From: Rickettsiales bacterium UBA2645
GTDB taxonomy: Bacteria; Pseudomonadota; Alphaproteobacteria; Rickettsiales; UBA1997
DNA length: 64,000 nucleotides
Direction of reading: 5' to 3'
NCBI GenBank assembly: GCA_002359655.1
Contig: DENL01000035.1
Location: 13,105 to 77,104 of the forward strand
Positions 1-8,581 of this stretch are shown here, one piece after another. Below the pieces are notes generated by a model that saw only the letters and a list, made by a program, of their open reading frames with translations, was not told where the DNA came from and did not search any database. The position numbers and the translations under genes are program-made. The number at the start of each line of letters is the position of its first letter. The first letter of the stretch is position 1.

Positions 1-394
1 AATTTTGCTCAAAATACTCTGGATATGCTTCGCTGTAGCAAGTACAATTTAGAATAATTGATAAAATCAAAGATTTTAAAAACTCTTGTTCGTTTTGGTT
101 TGAAATGGATGAAATATAAGAATCGATACTAGAAGGACGAGCCTGAATAATTTTTTGTAGCCAGTTCTCAATTGGGTGCTGATCTTGATTTGAAAGATGA
201 TTACAATCTTTTAAACGAGTTTCTGCAAGACAGTGTTTAAGGCTTGCATCTTTATGATTAAAAGCACCTCTGAACATCGGCAAAATCTTTTCTGCAATCT
301 CCAAAAACTGCGCCCCAGTTGGATAAACCCCACATTCCACCGACGCCCCCGCACCAAGAATTACTAATCTGCTCAGTTCTTTATTTTCACTCAT
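1..394 (-). CDS. SIR2-like (SIR2_2-type) protein, N-terminal 131 codons only; the gene continues past the window start
   Basis: My own minus-strand translation from the ATG at 394-392 reads MSENKELSRLVILGAGASVECGVYPTGAQFLEIAEKIL... and stays open to position 1. The GAGxS..G.P pattern resembles the start of SIR2_2-family proteins. It is absent from the ORF track because it is truncated. Confidence 0.35.
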   Translation of the reverse strand, partial: MSENKELSRLVILGAGASVECGVYPTGAQFLEIAEKILPMFRGAFNHKDASLKHCLAETRLKDCNHLSNQDQHPIENWLQKIIQARPSSIDSYISSISNQNEQEFLKSLILSIILNCTCYSEAYPEYFEQN

Positions 395-397
395 CAA

Positions 398-679
398 TCA
401 ACCCCGCGGTGGAAAAACATCTTTCCCATAAGAATTTTTCTCTCTGATTTTTCCATCTTTTCCGTGAATGATCACTTCTGATTTTTGCTTAATTGCAATT
501 TTTATTGCCTGCGCGATGGCTTCTCTTTGATTGTCAAAAGTTTTAGTCACACGATCAGAGTTTGATTTTTTTACAGCCCATTCGCCATTTACAGGCACAA
601 CATGCTGCGAGGTTGCAGCTTTCACATATTTTTTTACGACTTCAGAACCTTTTGAAGATCTAAGCAAAGTAGCTTCCAT
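398..679 (-). CDS. DUF2188 family protein
   Basis: The 93-aa ORF has VVPVNGEWAVKK...REAIAQAIKIA...VIIHGKDGKIREKNSYGKDVFPPRG, the typical DUF2188 pattern. Confidence 0.7.
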   Translation of the reverse strand: MEATLLRSSKGSEVVKKYVKAATSQHVVPVNGEWAVKKSNSDRVTKTFDNQREAIAQAIKIAIKQKSEVIIHGKDGKIREKNSYGKDVFPPRG

Positions 680-682
680 TTT

Positions 683-1346
683 TTACTTACCGTTAATTAT
701 CAAAGTTTTTATTTCTTCTTCAGAACATTGCGCTTCTTCTAAAAAAGCAATTAATTCATTTCTGCTTTCAAAGGAAATTTCAGCAAATCCTAAGCCATCT
801 TCGATTTGAGCAATTTTTGAATCTCCATCAGATTTATCTGCTTCGTTAATCAAACGATTATAATAAATCAACAACTCAACTTCAGGATGATTTTTTGCAA
901 TCCACAAAGCAACTTTTCTGGCACCAAAGTGAGTTTCGAAAATCTAGATTCTGGTATCTTGCGATCTCTTTTGTGAAAAGCCCTGAAGCACTGATTTAAA
1001 CTGTAGGGTAAAATCAAACACACTAAAGGAATATTTCCAAACCTTCTAACATTTCTAATCTTTGTTTCAGCGCCGTTTTCTGTTGCTAATGTTGAATCAA
1101 AAACAATCCCCGAAATTTCTGAATTTTGATTGTTTTCAATTGGGCAAAACTTTCAATAAATTCTGTTTTACCAGAAGCACTTCCGCCGCACATCAGAATC
1201 GCTTTTTTACCTTTAACTTTTTTTAATTCTTGATCGAACTTTTTGTTAGCGATCTTAGCGGATTCGAGATGGAAACTATCGGCATTTTCGGGAGAAAATC
1301 CTGGCAAAAATTCTTTTTCTTCGTCAATAGAAATGACCTTGTACAT
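683..1346 (-). pseudogene. Decayed zeta-toxin-like / P-loop kinase gene. The N-terminal fragment is 1086-1346; a possible C-terminal remnant is 683-907.
   Basis: The 86-aa ORF carries the Walker A motif ILMCGGSASGKTEF and then stops early. The 74-aa ORF at 683-907 has only a TTG start and its frame is open upstream to a stop at 944-946. Short open stretches in other frames lie between the two pieces. Confidence 0.4.
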
Positions 1347-1380
1347 CTAACAATGAGTAGTGATTTTAGAAAATGAAGAA

Positions 1381-1454
1381 TGGAGCGGGTGAAGGGAATC
1401 GAACCCTCACGGCCAGCTTGGAAGGCTGGAACTCTACCGTTGAGCTACACCCGC
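1381..1454 (-). tRNA. tRNA-Gly (anticodon UCC)
   Basis: The reverse complement GCGGGTGTAGCTCAACGGTAGAGTTCCAGCCTTCCAAGCTGGCCGTGAGGGTTCGATTCCCTTCACCCGCTCCA folds as a cloverleaf with anticodon loop CUUCCAA. Confidence 0.9.
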
Positions 1455-1487
1455 ATAATTTTCATACAATCAACATCTTTGTAGAAA

Positions 1488-1573
1488 TGGTGGACAGGGC
1501 AGGATTTGAACCTGCGAACGCTTACGCGGACAGATTTACAGTCTGTTGCCATTGACCACTCGGCCACCTGTCC
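1488..1573 (-). tRNA. tRNA-Tyr (anticodon GUA), long variable arm
   Basis: The reverse complement GGACAGGTGGCCGAGTGGTCAATGGCAACAGACTGTAAATCTGT...GCAGGTTCAAATCCTGCCCTGTCCACCA has anticodon loop CUGUAAA. Confidence 0.9.
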
Positions 1574-1709
1574 TTTTATTAAATTAAAGACTGCGCTTTT
1601 AATTCAGAGTTGTTTCGAATCAAAGATCGAAAGCGGTTTTGTTTTTTCAATAAATTTTATTTTGGAAAATAAAAAGAGCGCGGTTTTGTAAAGTGATGCA
1701 TTTTGAAAG

Positions 1710-2465
1710 TCAATTAGAGCAAACTTTACAGCTGTGATTTTTTTTCAAAACTACTTTGCGGAAATCGTTTTTTAGAAAATCAAAAATCAAAATTTTGCCG
1801 ACTAAATCAGAGCCGATTCCTAAAATTTCTTTTATTGTTGTGGTTGCTTGAAGAGCGCCAATTGTGCCAGCGACTGATCCTAAGATTCCTTTTTCGGAAA
1901 GTGGCAAAGAGAAATTTTCGTCAACTATATTTGGATTAAAACAGGCGTAGCATGGGTTATTTTTTTCAAAAGATTTGAAGACTGAAACTTGTCCTAAAAA
2001 TCCTTTCACTGCGGCAAAAATTAGTGGTTTTTTTTGTTCATGGCAAATTTCGTTGATGATAAAACGAGTCGGGAAATTATCGGTAGCGTCTAAAATAAAA
2101 TCGTAATTAGAGCTTATTTTTCTGAGCATTTCACGATTCGCTCTTTCTGGAAAAATTTCTAAATTAGTATCAGAATTTAGAGCGGAAATTTTTTCTTTAG
2201 CGCTTAAAACTTTTTTTTGGCCTAAATTTTTTTCGTTGTGAATCACTTGACGCTGTAGGTTTGAAAGCTCAACAATATCATCGTCAATCACGCCAATATT
2301 TCCAACTCCAGCGGCAGCCAAATAAAGTAAAACTGGCGATCCCAGACCGCCAGCACCAATTACCAAAACTTTTGCACGCAGTAATTTTTCTTGGCCCAAT
2401 TCTTTAATTTCAGGCAATATTGTATTACGCAAATAACGCTGTTTTTGGTTTTCGTTTAGCAGCAT
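1710..2465 (-). CDS. HesA/MoeB/ThiF family adenylyltransferase (E1-like)
   Basis: It has the VLVIGAGGLGSPVLLYLAAAGVG nucleotide-binding fold and CxxC pairs (CYAC, CKVC). I prefer the internal ATG at 2465 over the track start at 2510. Confidence 0.85.
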   Translation of the reverse strand: MLLNENQKQRYLRNTILPEIKELGQEKLLRAKVLVIGAGGLGSPVLLYLAAAGVGNIGVIDDDIVELSNLQRQVIHNEKNLGQKKVLSAKEKISALNSDTNLEIFPERANREMLRKISSNYDFILDATDNFPTRFIINEICHEQKKPLIFAAVKGFLGQVSVFKSFEKNNPCYACFNPNIVDENFSLPLSEKGILGSVAGTIGALQATTTIKEILGIGSDLVGKILIFDFLKNDFRKVVLKKNHSCKVCSN

Positions 2466-2593
2466 AAATAATCTGAGTTTATTAAAATTACAGCGCACCG
2501 CTTTTCTCACTTTGTTCGAAGACGATGTGCTGCCGGGGCGGAGGCATAGTCTTGCCCGCTTAAGGCTAAGATCAATAGTTTAGGTCGATTTTT

Positions 2594-3043
2594 TTACGCC
2601 TTAAGCCCAGTCGATCCAAAGCCGCTAGAACCACGCACAGTTTCATCTAAATTTTCTACTTCTAAGATTTCGGCCTGCTCATGTTTGGCAATCACAATTT
2701 GCGCAATTCGCATGCCGCGAGTAATCGTAAAATCAACTTTTGAATGATTAATTAAAATTACACAAACTTCGCCGCGATAGTCAGAATCAATGGTTCCTGG
2801 AGAATTTAAAACTGTAATACCGTTTTTCAGTGCAAGTCCTGATCTTGGTCGCACTTGTGCCTCAAAGCCTTTTTCTAGTGCGATTGCAATGCCGGTTTTG
2901 ACTAATTTTATTTCGCCAGATTTTATAACAATTTCTTCGTCAATTGCAGCAAGCAAATCCATTCCGGCACTTCCTTGAGTTTCATATTTTGGTAAAGCTA
3001 AATCTTTAGCGTTTTCAAGTTTTTTTATTTTCAAGATCGTCAT
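2594..3043 (-). CDS. dut: dUTP diphosphatase
   Basis: The motifs [24 protein letters not shown] and [10 protein letters not shown] are present. Confidence 0.95.
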   Translation of the reverse strand: MTILKIKKLENAKDLALPKYETQGSAGMDLLAAIDEEIVIKSGEIKLVKTGIAIALEKGFEAQVRPRSGLALKNGITVLNSPGTIDSDYRGEVCVILINHSKVDFTITRGMRIAQIVIAKHEQAEILEVENLDETVRGSSGFGSTGLKA

Positions 3044-3145
3044 TTGAAGGAGAATTTATTTAATAATTTCGTGGTTGATAAATTTGCTTACGCGCCTAAA
3101 AAACGCGACTCTTTTTTTCTTAAGAAAATATCTTTTCCAAAACGC

Positions 3146-3676
3146 ATGTCAGAAAAATCACAAGAATTAAAAAATGAAAGTCGTCGCAAACTTCTTACAA
3201 CTACAGCTTACACAGCAGCTGGAATTGGTGCCGCTTGCGCTATTTTACCTTTCGTTGATAGCATGAATCCTTCAGGCGATGTTGCAGCTCTTGCTTCGGT
3301 CGAAGTTGACATTTCGCCAATTAAAGTTGGCGAAGAAAGAAAAGTTATGTGGCGCGGCAAACCAGTTTCAATCAGAAGACGCTCAAAAGAAGAAATTGAA
3401 GAAGCTGCCAAGGTCAATTTAGCAGAGCTGCGCGATCCACAAAAAGATTCTGATCGTGTTAAAGCCGGCAAAGAAGAATGGTTGGTAACAATTGAAATTT
3501 GCACACATTTGGGCTGCATCCCAATTATGGGACAAGGTGATTACAAAGGTTGGTTTTGCCCTTGTCATGGTTCTCAGTACGATACTTCTGCGCGCATCAG
3601 AAAAGGCCCAGCGCCAAAGAATCTAGAAATTCCTCCTTACGAATTTGTTTCGGATAACAAAATTAAAATCGGCTAA
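3146..3676 (+). CDS. petA: Ubiquinol-cytochrome c reductase Rieske iron-sulfur subunit
   Basis: It has a Tat-like RRKLL signal and the Rieske boxes CTHLGC and CPCHGS. The ATG at 3146 is preferred over the TTG at 3044. Confidence 0.9.
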   Translation: MSEKSQELKNESRRKLLTTTAYTAAGIGAACAILPFVDSMNPSGDVAALASVEVDISPIKVGEERKVMWRGKPVSIRRRSKEEIEEAAKVNLAELRDPQKDSDRVKAGKEEWLVTIEICTHLGCIPIMGQGDYKGWFCPCHGSQYDTSARIRKGPAPKNLEIPPYEFVSDNKIKIG

Positions 3677-3678
3677 AC

Positions 3679-4926
3679 ATGTCTAATCGCATTCAAAACG
3701 ATTTCGAAAAATCAATTACTGAAAAATCAAAAGTCGCCAAATGGATCAATGATCGTTTGCCAATTATTGATACGCTTGAGGATACTCTTTTTAAACATCC
3801 TTATCCAAAAAATTTAAGCTATTGGTGGAACTTCGGATCAATTGCTGGTATTGCTTTGGTAGTGCAAATTTTGAGCGGACTTTTCTTGTCAATGCACTAT
3901 GTTGCCAACACCGAATTTGCCTTCAATTCAGTTGAACATATAATGCGCGATGTGCGTTATGGCTGGCTGATTCGCTATATTCACGCCGTTGGTGCTTCGA
4001 TGTTTTTTGTAGCACTTTACGCGCATATTACTCGTGGCCTTTATTATGGCTCTTATAAATCACCGCGCGAACTTTTATGGTGGGTTGGAGTGATAATCTT
4101 TTTACTGACTATGGCCACAGCCTTTATGGGATACGTCTTGCCTTGGGGACAAATGAGTTTTTGGGGTGCAACTGTAATTACCAATTTATTTTCAGCTTTG
4201 CCAATTGTTGGAAAATCAATCGTAACTTGGCTGTGGGGCGGTTATTCTGTCGATAATCCAACACTTAATCGCTTTTTCTCGCTGCACTTTTTAATGCCGT
4301 TTTTAATTGTTGGCATTGTTTTACTGCACCTTGTTGCTCTTCACACAGTTGGTTCTAACAATCCTACCGGCGTTGAAATTAAAACTAAAAATGACTCGAT
4401 TCCTTTCCATCCTTATTTCACCATCAAAGATATGGTGGGGTTTGTGTTATTCTTTTTGATTTTTGGCTATTTCTTATTTTTCTATCCAAATGCTCTTGGT
4501 CACCCAGACAACTATATTCCAGCAAATCCAATGGTAACGCCAGCTCACATCGTTCCTGAGTGGTACTTTTTACCTTTCTACGCAATTCTGCGAGCCGTTC
4601 CAGATAAGCTTGGCGGTGTTTTGATGATGTTTGGTGCGATTGCTATGTTATTTGCCCTACCCTTTTTGGATCGCAGTAAAGTCAGATCTGGAGCTTATCG
4701 CCCGCTTTTTCAAAAATTCTTTTTTGTTTTCATCATCAACTTTGCTTTTTTAGGTTGGTTAGGAAAATCCCCAGCAGAAGGCTGGTATATCTGGGCTTCT
4801 CGCTTTGCCACCTTTTATTACTACGCTTACTTTTTAATAATTTTACCAAATTTGCCAAAGTTTGAAAAAACTCTTCCCCTTCCAGAGTCAATTGCAGAGG
4901 ATTTTAAGAATAAACATAACCATTAA
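3679..4926 (+). CDS. petB: Cytochrome b
   Basis: The 415-aa polytopic protein has the [18 protein letters not shown] and [13 protein letters not shown] signatures. Confidence 0.95.
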   Translation: MSNRIQNDFEKSITEKSKVAKWINDRLPIIDTLEDTLFKHPYPKNLSYWWNFGSIAGIALVVQILSGLFLSMHYVANTEFAFNSVEHIMRDVRYGWLIRYIHAVGASMFFVALYAHITRGLYYGSYKSPRELLWWVGVIIFLLTMATAFMGYVLPWGQMSFWGATVITNLFSALPIVGKSIVTWLWGGYSVDNPTLNRFFSLHFLMPFLIVGIVLLHLVALHTVGSNNPTGVEIKTKNDSIPFHPYFTIKDMVGFVLFFLIFGYFLFFYPNALGHPDNYIPANPMVTPAHIVPEWYFLPFYAILRAVPDKLGGVLMMFGAIAMLFALPFLDRSKVRSGAYRPLFQKFFFVFIINFAFLGWLGKSPAEGWYIWASRFATFYYYAYFLIILPNLPKFEKTLPLPESIAEDFKNKHNH

Positions 4927-4942
4927 TTAAAATAAAAAATTT

Positions 4943-5242
4943 ATGAGTATCGATTCGCAAAAGCTTTACGATTTGTTAAAAGAAATCCCACAAGGAAAAG
5001 TCACAACTTACAAAGAGCTTGCAAAAAAATTAAAAACCAAAGGCTATCGAGCTATTGGTCAAATTGTTGGCGCCAATCCAAATGCGCCGCAAGTTCCTTG
5101 TCATCGTGTAGTTAGAAGTGATGGCGGGCTTGGTGGATATGCTTTTGGCCTTAAAAAGAAAATCGAAATCTTGACCAAAGAAGGCATTAAAATTATTGAT
5201 GAAAAAGTCGTCGACTTCGCAAAAAAGTTACACAAATTTTAG
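4943..5242 (+). CDS. MGMT-family (methylated-DNA-protein-cysteine methyltransferase) DNA-binding domain protein
   Basis: The 99-aa ORF has VTTYKELA...AIGQIVGANP..VPCHRVV, the PCHRV active-site motif. Confidence 0.8.
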   Translation: MSIDSQKLYDLLKEIPQGKVTTYKELAKKLKTKGYRAIGQIVGANPNAPQVPCHRVVRSDGGLGGYAFGLKKKIEILTKEGIKIIDEKVVDFAKKLHKF

Positions 5243-5259
5243 AAAGAAAAATAAACAAA

Positions 5260-6036
5260 ATGAAAAAGCTTTTTTTAATTCTTGCTTTAATTCCAACTCT
5301 AGCTTTTGCCAATGAAGCCCACGATAACGATCCGCTAGCGACCTCATCACTTCACCCAAAACAAATGAAATGGGAATTTGACGGATTTTTTGGACGCTTT
5401 GATCGTGCTTCTGCACAGCGCGGCTACCAAGTTTATAAAGAAGTTTGTTCAGCCTGTCATAGCTTAAAACTAGTTGCTTATCGCAATTTGACTGAGCTTG
5501 GATTTTCTGAAGAAGAAGTAAAACAACTTGCTTCTGAAGCCTCTGTAACTGATGGCCCAAACGAAGAAGGTGAAATGTTTGAACGTCCAGGACTTCCTTC
5601 TGATCACTTTGTTGGTCCATATGCTAATGAACAAGCAGCTCGTGCAGCAAATGGTGGCGCACTTCCACCTGATTTATCTTTAATTGTTAAAGCTCGTCAT
5701 GATGGTGCGAATTATGTTTATTCGCTGATCACCGGCTTCATTGACGCGCCAGACGATTTCCACATGAATGAAGGAAAATACTACAACCCTTACTTTGAAG
5801 GCCGCCAAATCTCGATGCCAGCTCCTTTGACAGACGATGGACAAGTCACTTATACTGACGGCACTATCGCCACTAAAGAACAAATGGTAATTGATGTAGT
5901 AAATTTTTTACAATTCGCCGCCGAACCTGAAACCGAAAGCCGCAAAAAAATGGGCATCAGAACCATGATCTTCCTTGGCATTTTATTTATAATTTTAATC
6001 GCTGCTAAAAAAGCGGTTTGGAAAAAACTCGACTAA
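5260..6036 (+). CDS. petC: Cytochrome c1
   Basis: It has a signal peptide, the heme motif CSACHS and a C-terminal TM anchor. Confidence 0.9.
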   Translation: MKKLFLILALIPTLAFANEAHDNDPLATSSLHPKQMKWEFDGFFGRFDRASAQRGYQVYKEVCSACHSLKLVAYRNLTELGFSEEEVKQLASEASVTDGPNEEGEMFERPGLPSDHFVGPYANEQAARAANGGALPPDLSLIVKARHDGANYVYSLITGFIDAPDDFHMNEGKYYNPYFEGRQISMPAPLTDDGQVTYTDGTIATKEQMVIDVVNFLQFAAEPETESRKKMGIRTMIFLGILFIILIAAKKAVWKKLD

Positions 6037-6038
6037 AA

Positions 6039-6584
6039 ATGACATTTCAATTCAGCGCCGAAAACCAAAAAAAAGTTAGCGAAATTCTAGCTAAATATCC
6101 CACCAATAGACAGAAATCTGCAGTTATGCCTTTGCTTGATTTGGCTCAAAGACAAAACCAAAACTGGATTTCAAAAGACGTAATTGCGACAATCGCCAGC
6201 ACTTTAAAGATGCCAGAAATTAAAGTTTATGAAGTGGCCAGTTTTTACACGATGTATAACCTAAAACCAGTTGGCAAATATCTTCTACAATTCTGCAAAA
6301 CCACACCCTGCATGTTACGCGGTATCGATAAAATCATCAAAGATTGTGAAGAAAAACTAGGCATTGAAATGGACGAAACCACTTTAGATGGCACATTCAC
6401 CCTAAAAGAAGTTGAGTGCTTAGGAGCTTGCGTCAACGCTCCAGTTGTACAAATTAATGATGATTTCGCTGAAGATTTAACTAGCGAAAACTTCTTAAAA
6501 ATTATTGAAGATCTAAAGGCTGGTAAAGAATTTAAGGTCGGCTCACAAATTGGCAGACAGTGCTCTGCTGCTCAAAATCAGTAA
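6039..6584 (+). CDS. nuoE: NADH-quinone oxidoreductase subunit E (24 kDa)
   Basis: It matches the NuoE pattern (LLDLAQRQ, EVASFYTMY, a Cys cluster ending C..GAC). The ATG at 6039 lies 2 nt after the petC stop. Confidence 0.9.
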   Translation: MTFQFSAENQKKVSEILAKYPTNRQKSAVMPLLDLAQRQNQNWISKDVIATIASTLKMPEIKVYEVASFYTMYNLKPVGKYLLQFCKTTPCMLRGIDKIIKDCEEKLGIEMDETTLDGTFTLKEVECLGACVNAPVVQINDDFAEDLTSENFLKIIEDLKAGKEFKVGSQIGRQCSAAQNQ

Positions 6585-6585
6585 A

Positions 6586-7878
6586 ATGAGTCAAGCAAAA
6601 AAACATTACCGCGTTGTTGATGTGTCAATGTTTTTTCTGATTGTTTTTGTTGCAACGCTTACGGCACTTTTTGTTATTCAATACTGCAATCTTTTTGATA
6701 ATTTTGGCTTGATGGCCAAACAAAGATTACTGACAAATCCGTCAGTCACTTTTTTTATCACACCAGTTTTTTTCTGGGTTTCAGCTTATCTGTGCAGAGT
6801 TTACTCTCCCAAAGCTTCTGGCAATTATTTATACTATGCTTTAAACGAATTAAAAAAAGATCCCAATAATTTTGACAAAGTTTCAACCTTCTTAAATATT
6901 CGACTAGTGATGGTCAAAGCCGTTAGTTCTTTGATTGCCAGTTTTAGCGGCGGAGCCTTGGGAAAAGAAGGGCCGTCGGTTCATATGTCTGCTGGAATTC
7001 TTGCCAGCCTTGCCAATCGCTATGAAAAACTACTACCGAAAATAAATTTAGAAACTTGGGTTATGGCTGGCACTGCTTCAGGCTTGGCAATTGCTTTCAA
7101 TGCGCCAATTGCTGGCATTATTTTTATAATCGAAAAACTCTCTAAAGCCAAATTTAAAAATTTTAAAAGTAACTTAACTTGGACAATTATTCTTGTCTCA
7201 ATAATCACAATAATTTTTCACAAGCCTCAGCCATTATTTAACTTCCACAACCTTATTTTTAGAGTTAAAAGCGAATCTGCTGCACTGATTTTTCTTGCGG
7301 TAAGCTGCGGATTTTTTGCCTTCATTTTTCAATCAGCCAACAATTATTTTTATACAAAAATCTCGAATATTCGATCAAATTGGTGGCATGTTATACCAGT
7401 ATTTGCGGGCTTTATGGTTGCTGGCATCAATTTTTATTGTGGTATTTATTCTTTTAGCGGCGGCATTTATACATCTCAGCAAGCCTTGCTAAGCGCAACT
7501 CCAATTCTTTCTTATGCAGAAGTTATTGGCAGAATTTTTAACACTATCATCACTTTTGTATCAGGCTGTGCTGGCGGATTGATTGCACCTTCAATGGCAG
7601 TTGGAACTGGAATTGGCTCGATTTTCAGCGCCGTAATGCCAAACGCTGATATTGGAGTTTTTTTATTGATAGGCATGACTGCATTTTTAAGTGCAGTGCT
7701 TGGAGAGCCAATTACCGCGGCAGTAGTTATATTTGAAACTACTGGGCAGAATATTGAGAATCTGCCTTTTTTAGTTAGTGCGGCGATTATTTCTTCTGCG
7801 ACCTTTAAGAGTATTGGAAAGTTGAATATCAAGAGAAAGTCGAAACTCGAGTCTCAAATCGTTGTCTCTAAAAGCTAA
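6586..7878 (+). CDS. ClC-family voltage-gated chloride channel / H+-Cl- antiporter
   Basis: It is a polytopic membrane protein with the selectivity motifs GKEGPSVH and GIIFIIE. The ATG at 6586 is preferred. Confidence 0.85.
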   Translation: MSQAKKHYRVVDVSMFFLIVFVATLTALFVIQYCNLFDNFGLMAKQRLLTNPSVTFFITPVFFWVSAYLCRVYSPKASGNYLYYALNELKKDPNNFDKVSTFLNIRLVMVKAVSSLIASFSGGALGKEGPSVHMSAGILASLANRYEKLLPKINLETWVMAGTASGLAIAFNAPIAGIIFIIEKLSKAKFKNFKSNLTWTIILVSIITIIFHKPQPLFNFHNLIFRVKSESAALIFLAVSCGFFAFIFQSANNYFYTKISNIRSNWWHVIPVFAGFMVAGINFYCGIYSFSGGIYTSQQALLSATPILSYAEVIGRIFNTIITFVSGCAGGLIAPSMAVGTGIGSIFSAVMPNADIGVFLLIGMTAFLSAVLGEPITAAVVIFETTGQNIENLPFLVSAAIISSATFKSIGKLNIKRKSKLESQIVVSKS

Positions 7879-7927
7879 ACTTGAATTAATTTCGAGACTG
7901 GAAAGATATTACGACTTGAATAGTAGT

Positions 7928-8002
7928 TGGTTGGGACGGAAGGATTCGAACCTACGCATGACGGGATCAAAACCCGTTGCCTTACCACTTGGCTACGTCC
8001 CA
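7928..8002 (-). tRNA. tRNA-Gln (anticodon UUG)
   Basis: The reverse complement TGGGACGTAGCCAAGTGGTAAGGCAACGGGTTTTGATCCCGTCATGCGTAGGTTCGAATCCTTCCGTCCCAACCA has anticodon loop UUUUGAU. There is one U-U mismatch in the T stem. Confidence 0.85.
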
Positions 8003-8106
8003 ATGATAAAAAAATATGATGTAAATCTAGGCGGGAGGGGTAAAAAAGAGGGCGGATTTCTAAAAGCGTTTTTCGCGTAAGTCAAATAATTTCCCTTATT
8101 ATTTAA

Positions 8107-8135
8107 TTGACAGCTTCTGCCATACAGAATATATT
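8107..8135 (+). promoter_or_regulatory. Sigma70-type promoter candidate for pntAB
   Basis: TTGACA (8107-8112), 17-nt spacer, TATATT (8130-8135), about 50 nt upstream of the ORF. Confidence 0.4.
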
Positions 8136-8187
8136 TTCAGGCAATTTCAAGATCATCAATCTCCTCTTAACATAAGCAAATCAAGCA

Positions 8188-8577
8188 ATGACACAGTTAG
8201 AAGAAATCATGCAATTATCAGATCAGATCACTAAAAATTCTGATCAATTAGTTTTGAAAATGTCCGAACTCAGCTTAATCGCCTCTCACGGTGGTGGAGT
8301 TGATTTATTTATTTTTGGCTTAACAGCTTTTGTACTAACTTGCTTTGTTGGTTATTTCGTAGTTTGGAAAGTTACTCCCGCTCTTCACACACCTTTGATG
8401 GCTGTAACTAACGCTATTTCTGGCGTTATTGTAGTTGGCGCAATCATTGCACTTGGTTCAACACAAAGCTTTTCTTTAGTTTCGGTTTTAAGTTTTGTCG
8501 CCATCGTTATTGCCTCAATCAATATTTTTGGCGGATTTTTCGTAACTTGGCGCATGTTACAAATGTTTAAAAAATAA
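8188..8577 (+). CDS. pntAB: NAD(P) transhydrogenase subunit alpha part 2 (membrane domain)
   Basis: [32 protein letters not shown] is the conserved PntAB transmembrane signature. Confidence 0.8.
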   Translation: MTQLEEIMQLSDQITKNSDQLVLKMSELSLIASHGGGVDLFIFGLTAFVLTCFVGYFVVWKVTPALHTPLMAVTNAISGVIVVGAIIALGSTQSFSLVSVLSFVAIVIASINIFGGFFVTWRMLQMFKK

Positions 8578-8581
8578 TCTT

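Noticed and set aside
1373-1691. Track ORFs overlapping tRNA genes (1373-1555, 1506-1691, 7862-8080, 41388-41597, 48917-49102, 50475-50687)
   Set aside because: The sequence is fully explained by the tRNA-Gly, tRNA-Tyr, tRNA-Gln, tRNA-Thr, attR and tRNA-Phe structures.
3044-3145. N-terminal extensions offered by the ORF track: petA from 3044, rph from 15926, ssb from 24548, trmL from 53701, nuoE from 6018, ClC from 6550, panC from 56411, moeB-like from 2510
   Set aside because: The extensions overlap upstream genes or use TTG/GTG starts, and they add non-conserved residues before canonical N-termini (for example MSINKVILVGN for SSB). Internal ATG starts fit better.
3208-3519. Antisense or alternative-frame ORFs inside conserved genes. 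Examples are 3208-3519, 5228-5620, 11060-11425, 26029-26454, 39096-39461, 40124-40435, 54642-54932 and 62542-62826.
   Set aside because: Each overlaps a confidently identified gene on the other strand or frame and has a compositionally biased translation.
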